Shown piece by piece: positions 35,432 through 45,882 of a stretch of 64,000 nucleotides of DNA. Within the stretch, counting starts at the first letter, position 1. Each line of letters begins with the position of its first letter. Both the position numbers and the translations under genes were made by a program. Source of the DNA: a virus (Duplodnaviria; Caudoviricetes); the IMG/VR virus record IMGVR_UViG_3300043754_000129, positions 259,679 to 323,678 of that record; one strand, given 5' to 3'. The notes beneath the pieces were generated by a model. That model was not told where the DNA came from, ran no database searches, and saw only the letters and a program-made list of their open reading frames with translations.

Positions 35432-35444
35432 CGTGGACCTACCC

Positions 35445-37817
35445 TTAAGTTGTTTTCGTCACCGTCACGTCCAGCGCGTTCAAATTCGCCAGCGTGAAGG
35501 CAGCACCCGTCTTGGGATCCGTTTCCGTGAGGACCGTGCTGCGTGCCGGCCAGCTCGCTTGTGGCGTCGTCGTGTTGTTGCTCAACACGCCCGTGCCTGC
35601 GGAGACTACGCTACCTTGCTTGGTTGCGGACCCACTCTTCAGCCCCACCGCACCCGCGACCCCCACGCCCTGACCCAGCTGACCGAAGTACGCCTCTGCC
35701 AACACAGCCACCACGTTGTAGTTCGACGGCACGACGTTGCTCGTACCGTACACATCCTGCGTGTTCTTCGTGGCGGTATAGACGTAGCCTTCCGAATTGG
35801 AGAGTTCGCTATTGACCGTCTGGGCGTTACTGTTGGCCGAGATGCTGTTGGTCATCCCACTCGTGAGAGCCGACACCATGGAGAGGTCAAAGATGTTCTG
35901 CGGACCCAAGCGGCCGCTCGCACCATGTCCGTCCATGTTCGTCAAGTAGATGTCATCAATCTGCACGAACGTCCCTTGACGCGGCAGATTGAAGAAGATC
36001 TGATTGACGCCCGTGGTATCGGTGGTCGGAGCAAACTGATACGCTGCACTGATCGCAGGCTGCACCACACCGTCAATGGCCCACTGGATCGTGAACGAGT
36101 TGACTGCGGCACCCGCCGTCAAGATCAGTTCGTAGTAGTGCGTGAGCGCTGAGCCCGGATTGTTCCCGGTAGGAATGGTCGGACAGGCAACCGTTGTGCC
36201 CCAGCCAGCGGTGTTCCCGACATCGGACAGTGCTGCGCCATTGCTGTAGTTCTGACACACCCCCACCTGACGCTGACCATTGGTCGGTGCGCCCGCCGAG
36301 ACACCCAGTCCATTGAAGAACGAGGTGTTCGCCGCCGTGTTCCAAGGCGAGAAGAGGTTCGCGGCGTAGTTCATCGTCCCCGAATAGAAGCCCGGGAAAC
36401 TCAGACTGGCCGCATCCACCTGCTCACCGTTGTCGTACACATACTGCACTTCCCAGGCGAGGCCGTCAGGGGAGGTGATGATCATGCTGTTGTTCACGCC
36501 ACCGGCCACCACCCACTGCTTGCCGTCCCACAGCACCATCGTGAAGGCGTTGAACGCCGTGTTCGCATTGGTGGCATTGAAGTAGATGTAGCGGTTTTGC
36601 TTCGTCCAGTTGATGCCGTCCTTAGACAGGTAGATCGCACCCAGTTGCACATTGATGGGATCTTGCCCCACTGCCATCAGCGTCGTGCCGTTGCTTGCGA
36701 TCGCGAAGATCGCGAAGTTGCCAGCCGTTACCGGTGCGTTGGTGTTGTAGAACCCGTTCGTCGGATACCACTGCGTTGGGTTGGCAATCGGACAGGTGTA
36801 AATACCACCGTAGCCCACTGCCACGAAGTTGCCATTGAAGACCAACAGGTCCATGATCTGGAAAGGCAGCGTTGCCGTCCTCGTCCAATTGGCGGCGACC
36901 GTTGGATCCGCACTCGTCGAACAGAACGCAATCCCGCTCGTGCACCCCGAACTCGGTCCCCACTGACTCGACCCACCCGTGAAGGCGATTGCACAGATAT
37001 AGTTGCCCACCTGTTTGCAGTATGCGCCTTCTGTGGATGAGGCAGGGGCGATCGCGCCTACCGCAGTCAGACTCACTGGCGTGCCCGTCCAGGTCGTGGA
37101 GTAAGCCGGCACGGGGGAACCGCTACCAGTGGCTGTGACCGTGACGTAGAGTGCGGTGGTCCCGTTCGCACCATTCACGTAGACGGGCGTCCGAAAGAGA
37201 GCGTTGCCAGTCATCGCATTCCAGGTCAACCCCATGTTGTTGGAATACTGAGAAGCGGGCGCACTGAAGTTGCTGCTGCTACCGACAATGATGATTGCCG
37301 TCGGTCCACTACCGGAGACCGTGATCGTGGAGTTCTGGTTGACGCTCGGCTGCGTAATCGGCAGGTTCCAGTTCTTCAAGTCCGTCGAGTACGCCACACC
37401 CCAGATCCAGGTGCTGCCATTGTAGTAATAGCAGATCGACCAGTAGTACTGCGCGCCGTCATAGACGAGCTGCTGCGATTCCCCGGCAGCCGGCTGAAGG
37501 TAGCAGCTGGAGTTAAAGCTTGCGCTGAAACCCACACAGAAGCCACCCGCCTGCCACAGGGAATAGATCGACTGACCCATCGGGATCATGCCGTAGTCGG
37601 TGTAGCCCGCACCACCCAAGGGCGCCACGCCCGAGATGCTGTAGCCTGCCGGACCCGAGCGCAGGAACCAGCCCTTGCCGGGATAGCCCGTGCGTGAGGG
37701 CGAAGGAAGCCCATTCGCGCCACCGATATTCGTCGTGACGTTCTGAATGAGACCCCGTGCGTACATGTCCGGCGTGTCCGCGACTGTTTCAAAGCCTTCT
37801 GCAAATAAAAGCGACAT
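35445..37817 (-). CDS. Virion fibre/adhesin paralog 1
   Basis: AEGFE start, STDLKNW, SKDGINW, SPDGLAW, DPKTGAAFT. Confidence 0.8.
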   Translation of the reverse strand: MSLLFAEGFETVADTPDMYARGLIQNVTTNIGGANGLPSPSRTGYPGKGWFLRSGPAGYSISGVAPLGGAGYTDYGMIPMGQSIYSLWQAGGFCVGFSASFNSSCYLQPAAGESQQLVYDGAQYYWSICYYYNGSTWIWGVAYSTDLKNWNLPITQPSVNQNSTITVSGSGPTAIIIVGSSSNFSAPASQYSNNMGLTWNAMTGNALFRTPVYVNGANGTTALYVTVTATGSGSPVPAYSTTWTGTPVSLTAVGAIAPASSTEGAYCKQVGNYICAIAFTGGSSQWGPSSGCTSGIAFCSTSADPTVAANWTRTATLPFQIMDLLVFNGNFVAVGYGGIYTCPIANPTQWYPTNGFYNTNAPVTAGNFAIFAIASNGTTLMAVGQDPINVQLGAIYLSKDGINWTKQNRYIYFNATNANTAFNAFTMVLWDGKQWVVAGGVNNSMIITSPDGLAWEVQYVYDNGEQVDAASLSFPGFYSGTMNYAANLFSPWNTAANTSFFNGLGVSAGAPTNGQRQVGVCQNYSNGAALSDVGNTAGWGTTVACPTIPTGNNPGSALTHYYELILTAGAAVNSFTIQWAIDGVVQPAISAAYQFAPTTDTTGVNQIFFNLPRQGTFVQIDDIYLTNMDGHGASGRLGPQNIFDLSMVSALTSGMTNSISANSNAQTVNSELSNSEGYVYTATKNTQDVYGTSNVVPSNYNVVAVLAEAYFGQLGQGVGVAGAVGLKSGSATKQGSVVSAGTGVLSNNTTTPQASWPARSTVLTETDPKTGAAFTLANLNALDVTVTKTT

Positions 37818-37826
37818 AGCCGTTTC

Positions 37827-38990
37827 TCAATTGTGCGTGAACTGCCCGAACGTCGCGGCTTCAATGCTCGCCTGCGTCCAGTGGTTGGTTCCGTCGTTCT
37901 CGCTGATGCCCACAAACATGCCCACCGAGTTGCCCACGTTCTGCGGACCGTTGTTATTCACGGCCATCGTGGTCTCTTGCCCACCCACGACTTGGGCTGG
38001 GGAGACTTGCAGGAGGTTACTCGATTGGCCCCGGTAGATGAGCGCCTTGATGCCCGTTTGGGCTTGTGGGGTCCAGTTGTAGTACTCGTAGGAGTCACCG
38101 CCTGTGGAACCCACACCGCCCGTGGTTTGATACGCCCCAATCGAATTCTGACCCGAGAGGTCCGTCACCGCTTGCCAGTCCGGCTCCGTGGTCATCGAGA
38201 AGAAGCCACTGTTGAACGCCGTCGCAGTTGCCTGCGCCATGGTGATCTGTTTCGGATGGTATTGCGGGAGAACTTCAGGAGTCAATGCCGTGGGGTTTGG
38301 CCAATTCGCATCAGCCGTGGATGCTGCATGGAGCACCATGTCATCCATGTACCATTCGCCCAAGGTGCCGTTGTAGACCTTGAGCATGTTCACTGTCTGG
38401 CCCGCAGCAAAGAGATCTGTGAGCCAGTTGATGGTCACGTCTTTCCAGATCGCCTTACCGTTGATACAGTAGGTCGCCAACAGTTTCCCTGTCGGGGTGA
38501 AGGAGAAGTAGATACCTACCCAGACCCAGGTGTTGGGTTTGACAGAGTAGAGATAGGGCTTGGTGCCCAGCCCCGAGACTTGACTCGGGAAGGCCAAGCT
38601 TTGCCCATAGAGCGTGGAGTACGACTGACCCAGAATCGGGAACGAGGGTGACGAGTTATTCGTACAGCCCATCGCCAGCATCGTATCGGTGCCCTGCGTC
38701 GTGAGACTACCCAGTCGGATGTAACCACAGAAGCCAAACGCTCCCGTGCCGCCCGCCTTGGTGTTGTTCCGCTGAAACGCTGCGGTGGATGGGACCACAT
38801 AGACCCACCCACAGCTATTCGTTGCCAGGGGCGGGACCCCCAGCGCATTACTGTTAAACAAACTGAACGTGGGCACAATCGCAGCGGTGTTATTCGTATT
38901 GAGTTGCACCCACGGATACACAGGAGACAACGCCCCTGCTGGATAGCGGTCGAAGCCCTCTGCTCCAACAATAAACTGAGGCGTTGCCAT
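37827..38990 (-). CDS. Short (about 387 aa) relative of the paralog family without the propeller; LamG/ConA-like
   Basis: AEGFD N-terminus, WYMDDMVL, HWTQASI C-terminus; no Asp-boxes; start MATPQ at 38990. Confidence 0.7.
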   Translation of the reverse strand: MATPQFIVGAEGFDRYPAGALSPVYPWVQLNTNNTAAIVPTFSLFNSNALGVPPLATNSCGWVYVVPSTAAFQRNNTKAGGTGAFGFCGYIRLGSLTTQGTDTMLAMGCTNNSSPSFPILGQSYSTLYGQSLAFPSQVSGLGTKPYLYSVKPNTWVWVGIYFSFTPTGKLLATYCINGKAIWKDVTINWLTDLFAAGQTVNMLKVYNGTLGEWYMDDMVLHAASTADANWPNPTALTPEVLPQYHPKQITMAQATATAFNSGFFSMTTEPDWQAVTDLSGQNSIGAYQTTGGVGSTGGDSYEYYNWTPQAQTGIKALIYRGQSSNLLQVSPAQVVGGQETTMAVNNNGPQNVGNSVGMFVGISENDGTNHWTQASIEAATFGQFTHN

Positions 38991-39006
38991 TTCCATTTCC
39001 TTCTGG

Positions 39007-42000
39007 TTAAGCGTTCGGGTAAGCGCCGCGGAATGCGACGGCCACCGCCGAGACGTTGGTGGTTTGCGGCACCACAATCATCATGTCACCCGGATTGAAG
39101 GTGAAGGACGTGTTCATGGTCGAGAACGAAGCCGTGCCCGATGCCATGCTGTTGATCGTGTTACCGTTCGCCGTGAACGTGATCTGCGCGATCAACGTGC
39201 CGTTCGGGTTTGCCAGGTTGTATGCGTAGATGTTGAACAGCGCACTCGTACCTTGCGAGAACTGGCAGTTACCGACGGAGCCCGAACCACTGGACACACC
39301 CCAGTCTGCCTGGAAGACCGTCGTCTCAGCAAAGAGTTGTTCCCACTGCTGCGAGACCGTGCCACCATTCTGACCGCTCACGAACATGTTGATACGCGCG
39401 TTTTGCAACGCGCTTGCTGCACTCGCGGCTGCTGCTGCGGCACTCGCCGCGGCTGCTGTCGCTGCGCTCTGGGCGCTGGGCACCGAGGCGGCCGCTGCCG
39501 TTGCACTGGCTGCCGCATCCGATGCACTACCTGCTGCTGTCGAAGCCGACGTCCCCGCAGCCGAGGCTGCCGAGTTAGCCGTATTCGCCGACGTCTGTGC
39601 TGCGCTTGCCGAGTTGGCAGCATTCGTTGCAGACGTCGCAGCCGCAGTTGCACTGGACCCCGCACTGTTCACCCCCGTGAGCACTTGGGTAGCCGAGGCT
39701 GCTGCGTTAGACGCAGAAGTCGCTGCTGCCGTGGCGCTCGTCGCGGCTTGGCCTGCCGATGTGTTGGCATTGCCTGCTGCCGTGGAGGCTTGCTGCGCAT
39801 AGTAGTTAGCCGAGCCCGAAGGACCTGCCACCAGGGCTGCTGCTGCGGCAGCAGATGCTGCGGCGGCCGTGGCCGACGATGCAGCGTTCGTTGCCTGCGT
39901 ACCGGCATTGGTTGCCTGCGTCGACGCCTGGGTCGCGTAGTACGATGCACTGTAATACGTGGTGTTGTTCACCACCCCAGCCGGCTGACTCGCCCACGCT
40001 TGAGCCAAGGTTGCGGAGTTACTCGCAGCCGTCGCTTGAGACGTAGCCGTTGCAGCCGAAGCCAACGCATTCTCAGCCTGCGTCTGTGCGTCGCTGTCCG
40101 ATGCTGCTGCGGCCGATGCACTGGTCGAAGCTTGCGATGCGGACGTGCCTGCGGCCGTAGCGCTATTTCCTGCATTGGTTTCAGACGTAGCAGCTGCGGT
40201 TGCCGAGTTCGCGGCAGCCGTTGCACTGTTACCAGCGTTCGTTGCAGCGGTCGATGCCGTTGCGGCACTGGCCGCTGCTTGAGTGGCAGCAATCGTCACG
40301 TTAGCCGAAGCTGTCTGATCGGATTGCGAAGGAGCATTCCACACGCCGTTGTAATACGTCATGATGACAGGCGGGTTCTGCGAAATGTCTTCGTACTGCG
40401 CACCCACGGTCAACGCACCACCCGTAGGCGTCTGCGTCGGAGGCGTCGAGTAAGCACCCAGCCACGCGCTACTGAACGAAGCGATCACTGCCTGCGTTTG
40501 AGCGTAGGAGGTCGCTGCATTGTTCGCACTCGTCTGAGCACTCGTTGCACTCGCAGCTGCCGCAGTTGCTGAAGCCGAGGCATTCCCAGCTTGCGTCGTG
40601 GCCGTGCTCGAAGAGAGCGCAGCTTGGTTCGCGTACCAGTAAGCACTGTACAAGCTGCTCGTGCCCACCACTCCCGTTGCCTGCGTAGCCCACGCTTGCG
40701 CGAGCGTTGCCGAGGCTGCCGAATTGGTTGCGCTCGTGGCTCCGTTGGTGGCCGAGGTGGCTGCTTGTCCTGCGTAATAGGCCGCCGAATAAGACGTCGT
40801 CCCGTTCACAAAACCACTGCCTTGTGCTGCCCACGACTGTGCCAATGCTGCGGAAGTCGCGGCGTTGGTGGCAGCTGTGGTAGCGGCCGTGGTCGAAGTC
40901 GTTACCGTGGCTGCTGCATTGACCGTGTTGTTATACGTGGTCAATGCCGCCTGAGCGTAGTAATAGGCCGAGTAATAGCTCGTGCCGTTCACCACGCCCG
41001 TGGTTTGACTCGCCCAGTTCTGTGCCAGCGTTGCGTACTGCGACACGTTGGCCACATTCGCATTCGCCGTATTCAGATAGCTCTGCGCTTGTGCAGCGTA
41101 GTTCTCTGAAGACGTCGCGGCTGCTTGTGCTGCCGTATTCGAAGCACTTGCCGAGGAGGCGTTGTTCGAAGCGGTGGTCGCACTGTTCGCCGCGGCACTG
41201 GCTGATGTTGCTGCCGATGCTGCACTGTTGTTCGCCGTGGTCGCGCTACCTGCTGCGGCCGTGGCCGAACTCTGGGCGTTGTTTGCCTGACCTTGTGCCG
41301 ACGTTGCTGCCGACTGAGCCAGGGTCACTTGGTTGTTAAGCTGCGTGAGTGACGCTGCTGCCGCCGTAGCCGAAGCCGCCGCACTGGACGCGCTCGTGGC
41401 AGCCGTGGTGTTCAAACTCGTGATCGACGAGTAATAGCCTTGAGCCAAGCCAGCGTAGTACAGTGCCGAGCCTTGCCCACTGCCATTCACGTTCGAATCG
41501 TTTTCCGTCGCCCATGCCTGAGCGAGCGTTGCGGAAGCTGCGGCTGCGGTTGCTGCATCGCCTGCGGAACTTGCCGAAGCAGCAGCATTGGTTGCTTGAG
41601 TCGTTGCATCCGTGTCTGCTGCCTGCGCACCCGTCAATGCCGTGTTGGCACCATCCATGTACGTCAGGGCATTCGCAGCGGCACTCGAAGCCAGTGCCGA
41701 TGATTGACCCGCAGCGGTAGCCGAAGCTGCCGCTTGAGAAGCCGCGAGTGTCGCACTGGTCGATGCTGCCAACGCATCTTCATTGGTTGGCGTCCAGACT
41801 CCACCCACGTACACGAACAACTCGTACGGTGTCACGCCCGTGTACAAGAACGAAGCACCTTCCACAAGCGGGTTCCCATTCAGGTCCACCGTCGGGAACG
41901 TGTCCTGGTCACCAAGCCATGCTGCACCAAACGACGTGAGCATCGCGTTCAGCTGAGCTTCAATCGCTTGCACCTGAGCCAAGCTGACGCCCGAACCCGT

Positions 42001-45000
42001 ACCCGAGTTCGCTGCACTCTCTGCTGCCGCAGCTGCCGAAGCGGCTGCTTGCGTGGCATCCGTTGCTGCGTTGGTCGCGCTTGTAGCGGCCGCCGTGGCG
42101 CTCGCGGCCGCAGCACTAGCGCTGGTAGCCGCAGCCGTTGCGGAGGCCGCAGCGGCCGTCTGAGCGTTCGCCAGACCCGTTGCTGCACTGGTGGCGTTGG
42201 TAGCTGCCGTCTGAGCCGCGGCCGCACTGTTCTGAGCGGTGGTTGCCGACGCTTCAGCGTTCGTGGCTTGCAGTTGCGCGTCCGTGTCATAGCCCGCGGC
42301 ACTCGATGCAGAGGCTGCGGCATTGGTCGCCGATGTGCTGGCACTGTTCGCTTTCTGGGTTGCCGTGACGGCCGACGCGGCGGCGTTGGATTCACTCGTG
42401 GCCGCATTGGTTGCCGACGTGCCTGCTGCGGTTGCCGAAGCATTAGCCGCAGTCATCGCCGACTGTGCGTTACTCGCTGCATTCGTACACGTGGTCGCAC
42501 TGAGCGACGCTTGATTCGCGTAGTAGTACGACGAGTAGTACTGGCTGCCATTCACGACACCCGTTGTCTGCGATGCCCAAGCCTGAGCCAGAGTCGCCGA
42601 CGTAGCCGAAGCATTCTGAGCCGCCGAAGCCGTCGACGCCGCAGCTTGTGCTGCCGTTGCATAGACAAACGCCGAGTTGTAGGTCGTGCCATTGACATAA
42701 CCCACCGGCTGGCTCGCCCAGTTCTGGGCTAGTGTGGCTGCACTCGACGCCGTGCCTGCCGAAGCAGAAGCTGCGCTCGCCGAACTTGCAGCGTTTGTCG
42801 CAGACGCCGCCGCATTCGTTGCCTGTGTCTGAGAATCCGCATCGGCAGCAGCAGCACTCGTAGCACTACCCGCAGCAGCAGTAGCAGCAGCACCGGCAGT
42901 AGTAGCAGAAGTGCCAGCGTTCGTTGCACTGCTGGCCGCGTTCGTTGCAGACGTTGCTGCATTCGTCTGACTCGTTTGCGCAGCCGTAGCCGCAGCAGAT
43001 GCTTGGCTTGCGGAAGCTGCCGCTTGAGATGCTGCCAGGGTCGCATTGTTCGAACTCCCACCGGTAGATGCCACTGCCCATTGCGTGCCGTCCCATGCCA
43101 TCAGCACAGCAGGCGTTTGCGAGCTATCCAGGTATTCTGCACCGTTGACCAGTGCGCCACCTTGATTGTCATGCGTGGGTGGCGTGCTGAACGTACCCAG
43201 GAACAACTGGTTGAATGCAGCCATCACAGCCTGCACCGTCGTCACTGCCCCCGAGGCGGTCGTGGCAGATGCCGCAGCATCGGTTGCCGACGTCGCTGCA
43301 TTTGCTGCTTGCGTCTGGGCGTCCGTATCTGCGCTCTGCGCTTGCATGGCGTAGTACTGCGCCGAGTAACTCGTGGTCCCACCGATCGTACCCGAACCCG
43401 AAGCCCAGGCTTGAGCGAGCGTAGCACTCTGAGCCGCTGCGGTAGCCTGACCCGTAATCGAGGCTGCCGACGTATTCGCAGCTGCCGCCGAGTTCGATGC
43501 CTGACCCGCCCAGTACTTGGCCGAGTAATCCGTGCCATCTACCAATGCCGCAGAGCTTGCCCAGTTCTGAGCATCGGTTGCTGCATTGGTTGCCGTGGTA
43601 GCTGCTGTCGTTGCAGCCGTGGCTTGAGCCATCGCTGTCGACGCTTGGTTCTGTGCATCGGTGTCCGCCGACTGAGCCGCGAGTGCCCAGTACTTTGCAG
43701 AGTAGTCCACCCCGTCGACTTCACCCGTCAACTTGATGGCCCAGTCTTCAGCCAGTGCTGCTGCATTGGTCGAGACTGTGGCATTTGCGACAGCTGTCGA
43801 GGCTGCGTTGTTGGCGCTCGTTGCGTAGCTCTGCGCCATGCCGTTGGATTCATTGGCCTGAGCCGCCGAGATCCCCGCCGACGTGGCATTAGCCTGCGCG
43901 CTATTCATGGCGTTCAGGGCCGAGGTCGCGCTGTTCTGAGCATTACCTGCGGAAGCTGCCGCCGCGGTCGCACTTTGCGAAGCCGAGGTCGCATTGGTCG
44001 AAGCCGATGCAGCAGAGTTCGAAGCAGCGTTAGCCGAAGCCGCTGCGCTATTCGATCCCGTCTGAGCAATCACCGCCTGCGATGCAATGGTGTCCATCGC
44101 ATTCACAGCTTCTTGAGCGTAGTAAGCAGCCGAATAGAACGTCGTGCCACCTACCGTACCATCCGACTGCGAAGCCCAGGCTTCCGCCAAGGTCGCGCTG
44201 GCTGCGGCAGCGGTTGCTTGAGATGCTGCATCCGTATCCGACACAGCAGCAGCACTGGCACTGGTAGCTGCCGCCGTAGCGGACGTATCAGCGTCCGTAG
44301 CCGAAGCTGCGGCAGCAGTAGCCTGAGTCGTCGAAGTGGCTGCCGAATCTGCTGCATTGCCAGCGGACGTTGCTGCGTTCGTAGCCGAGTTCGCTGCTTG
44401 TTGAGCTGCGGTCTGAGCTGCTTGCGTTGCCAGCTGACCACCTTCATCCAGATCTTCCCAGGCCCCAGCGATATAGATCCGCATGAGGTTCGGGTTGTCC
44501 GTGATGTTCAGGTACATCGCGCCGTTGATCAGCGGGTTGCCCTGATTGTCCAGCGTCGGGTCTTCAGGCAATTCGCCCAGGAAGACTTGACCCCACGAGT
44601 TGTAGAGTGCGATGGCTGAAGCGGCAGCCGTTTGTGCTGCATTCATCGACGAAGCCGCAGCGGTTGCCGAAGCATCCGCGGAATTCTTATCCGTCAGTGC
44701 AGCCGCTGCACTCTGAGCTGCCGCAGTCGCGCTAGCAGCCGCTTGGGTGGCTTGCTGAGTCGCATCCTGGTCCGAGGCTGCCGCATTCGTTGCGGAGGCC
44801 GCAGCGGCCGTTTCTGCACCAATGGCAGCCGTTGCTGCGTTCTGTGCCGTAGTAGCCGAGGCTGCTGCTGCCGTGACATCAGCTGCGGTTTGCGTACCAG
44901 CCGCGATAGCTGAGGTCGCAGCCGTTTGTGCAGACGTTGCCGACTGCGAGGCGGAAGTCGCTGCGGCGGTCGCAGCAGCTGCTGCTGCGTTACCACCTGC

Positions 45001-45093
45001 CAAGCCGCCATCTTCTTCAATCACCGGTGCCAGCGCCTCAATCGACGCGACCATGGCTTGAAGATTTCTATTCAGATCGTCAAGGACGCCCAT
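39007..45093 (-). CDS. Giant Ala/Ser/Thr-rich fibre protein (about 2028 aa)
   Basis: Ala-rich coiled-coil segments, 11 A..WA...V.G..YSA.YYA knuckles, 4 FLG..PT.D..G..L..GA.Y modules, small C-terminal beta domain; start MGVLDD at 45093. Confidence 0.85.
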   Translation of the reverse strand: MGVLDDLNRNLQAMVASIEALAPVIEEDGGLAGGNAAAAAATAAATSASQSATSAQTAATSAIAAGTQTAADVTAAAASATTAQNAATAAIGAETAAAASATNAAASDQDATQQATQAAASATAAAQSAAAALTDKNSADASATAAASSMNAAQTAAASAIALYNSWGQVFLGELPEDPTLDNQGNPLINGAMYLNITDNPNLMRIYIAGAWEDLDEGGQLATQAAQTAAQQAANSATNAATSAGNAADSAATSTTQATAAAASATDADTSATAAATSASAAAVSDTDAASQATAAAASATLAEAWASQSDGTVGGTTFYSAAYYAQEAVNAMDTIASQAVIAQTGSNSAAASANAASNSAASASTNATSASQSATAAAASAGNAQNSATSALNAMNSAQANATSAGISAAQANESNGMAQSYATSANNAASTAVANATVSTNAAALAEDWAIKLTGEVDGVDYSAKYWALAAQSADTDAQNQASTAMAQATAATTAATTATNAATDAQNWASSAALVDGTDYSAKYWAGQASNSAAAANTSAASITGQATAAAQSATLAQAWASGSGTIGGTTSYSAQYYAMQAQSADTDAQTQAANAATSATDAAASATTASGAVTTVQAVMAAFNQLFLGTFSTPPTHDNQGGALVNGAEYLDSSQTPAVLMAWDGTQWAVASTGGSSNNATLAASQAAASASQASAAATAAQTSQTNAATSATNAASSATNAGTSATTAGAAATAAAGSATSAAAADADSQTQATNAAASATNAASSASAASASAGTASSAATLAQNWASQPVGYVNGTTYNSAFVYATAAQAAASTASAAQNASATSATLAQAWASQTTGVVNGSQYYSSYYYANQASLSATTCTNAASNAQSAMTAANASATAAGTSATNAATSESNAAASAVTATQKANSASTSATNAAASASSAAGYDTDAQLQATNAEASATTAQNSAAAAQTAATNATSAATGLANAQTAAAASATAAATSASAAAASATAAATSATNAATDATQAAASAAAAAESAANSGTGSGVSLAQVQAIEAQLNAMLTSFGAAWLGDQDTFPTVDLNGNPLVEGASFLYTGVTPYELFVYVGGVWTPTNEDALAASTSATLAASQAAASATAAGQSSALASSAAANALTYMDGANTALTGAQAADTDATTQATNAAASASSAGDAATAAAASATLAQAWATENDSNVNGSGQGSALYYAGLAQGYYSSITSLNTTAATSASSAAASATAAAASLTQLNNQVTLAQSAATSAQGQANNAQSSATAAAGSATTANNSAASAATSASAAANSATTASNNASSASASNTAAQAAATSSENYAAQAQSYLNTANANVANVSQYATLAQNWASQTTGVVNGTSYYSAYYYAQAALTTYNNTVNAAATVTTSTTAATTAATNAATSAALAQSWAAQGSGFVNGTTSYSAAYYAGQAATSATNGATSATNSAASATLAQAWATQATGVVGTSSLYSAYWYANQAALSSSTATTQAGNASASATAAAASATSAQTSANNAATSYAQTQAVIASFSSAWLGAYSTPPTQTPTGGALTVGAQYEDISQNPPVIMTYYNGVWNAPSQSDQTASANVTIAATQAAASAATASTAATNAGNSATAAANSATAAATSETNAGNSATAAGTSASQASTSASAAAASDSDAQTQAENALASAATATSQATAASNSATLAQAWASQPAGVVNNTTYYSASYYATQASTQATNAGTQATNAASSATAAAASAAAAAALVAGPSGSANYYAQQASTAAGNANTSAGQAATSATAAATSASNAAASATQVLTGVNSAGSSATAAATSATNAANSASAAQTSANTANSAASAAGTSASTAAGSASDAAASATAAAASVPSAQSAATAAAASAAAAAASAASALQNARINMFVSGQNGGTVSQQWEQLFAETTVFQADWGVSSGSGSVGNCQFSQGTSALFNIYAYNLANPNGTLIAQITFTANGNTINSMASGTASFSTMNTSFTFNPGDMMIVVPQTTNVSAVAVAFRGAYPNA

Positions 45094-45149
45094 AACCGTT
45101 TTCCCTTGTTCTCGGAGAAATTCACATACGATTCGAGCCAAAAATTACC

Positions 45150-45181
45150 TGACGGCATAAAAGCTGAGCACTCGGCTCAGC
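45150..45181 (-). terminator. Hairpin followed by TTTTATGCCGTCA
   Basis: GCTGAGC-CGAGT-GCTCAGC-TTTTATGCCGTCA. Confidence 0.65.
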
Positions 45182-45258
45182 ACATGGCATAGGGGTTGGG
45201 GAGCAGGAGGTGCGCTGAAAAGCACGCCTCCCGTATAACATATACTACCTGGGAAAAC

Positions 45259-45882
45259 TTACAACAGAAAGCCTGAAAACATGTTCCCGTAACCCGCGGC
45301 GGTGTTGCCGTTGTTCGATCCCATCACCACCTGCATGTAGTCCCCGACGTTCATCTGACAGACGAAAGTCGCTGCACCGGTTGACCAAGCACCCGATGCC
45401 GTGTAGACCAGCCACTGGTTCCCAACAGCGCCACCGTTCTTATAGAACTGAAAGAACGTGGTGCCTGCACTGGTGGTGAGTGAGGCAGTGAAAACATAGA
45501 TGCCTGCCACGGGTGCAGTGAACGCACCGTTAGCAACGTTGAAAGCGTTACCGTTATTGGCCTGAACCGTCGTCCCACTCCAAGCGGCATTGTCACACAT
45601 CGTCACCACTTGATTGGCAGCGAAGTTATTCACTTGGTAGTAGTACTGAGTCGCGGCAAACGACACCTGCGATGTCCGCGCCAAGTAACCGGAAACGGCC
45701 ATGTTACCGTTGACTTGCAGCTTCTGAATCCCGTTATCCGTGCCCGTCCCCACCAGCACATTTCCAGCGGGGGAGACTTCCAGATTGCCCATGAGCTTAG
45801 CGGGGTTAGCTGCGCCTGCTGGACCGAAGAGATCCACCAAGCGCGCCTTCAACTCGGTGAGCGTAGCCATTACATCAGCCAT
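45259..45882 (-). CDS. C1q-like domain fibre/adhesin protein
   Basis: FNVANGAFTAPVAGIYVFTASL and CQMNVGDYMQV...FSGFLL; paralog of the next gene. Confidence 0.8.
   Translation of the reverse strand: MADVMATLTELKARLVDLFGPAGAANPAKLMGNLEVSPAGNVLVGTGTDNGIQKLQVNGNMAVSGYLARTSQVSFAATQYYYQVNNFAANQVVTMCDNAAWSGTTVQANNGNAFNVANGAFTAPVAGIYVFTASLTTSAGTTFFQFYKNGGAVGNQWLVYTASGAWSTGAATFVCQMNVGDYMQVVMGSNNGNTAAGYGNMFSGFLL

Noticed and set aside
23892-37817. Diversity-generating retroelement or invertase cassette behind the paralog array
   Set aside because: No reverse transcriptase, template/variable repeat pair, invertase or inverted crossover sites are visible in the window. Each paralog is a complete gene with its own start.
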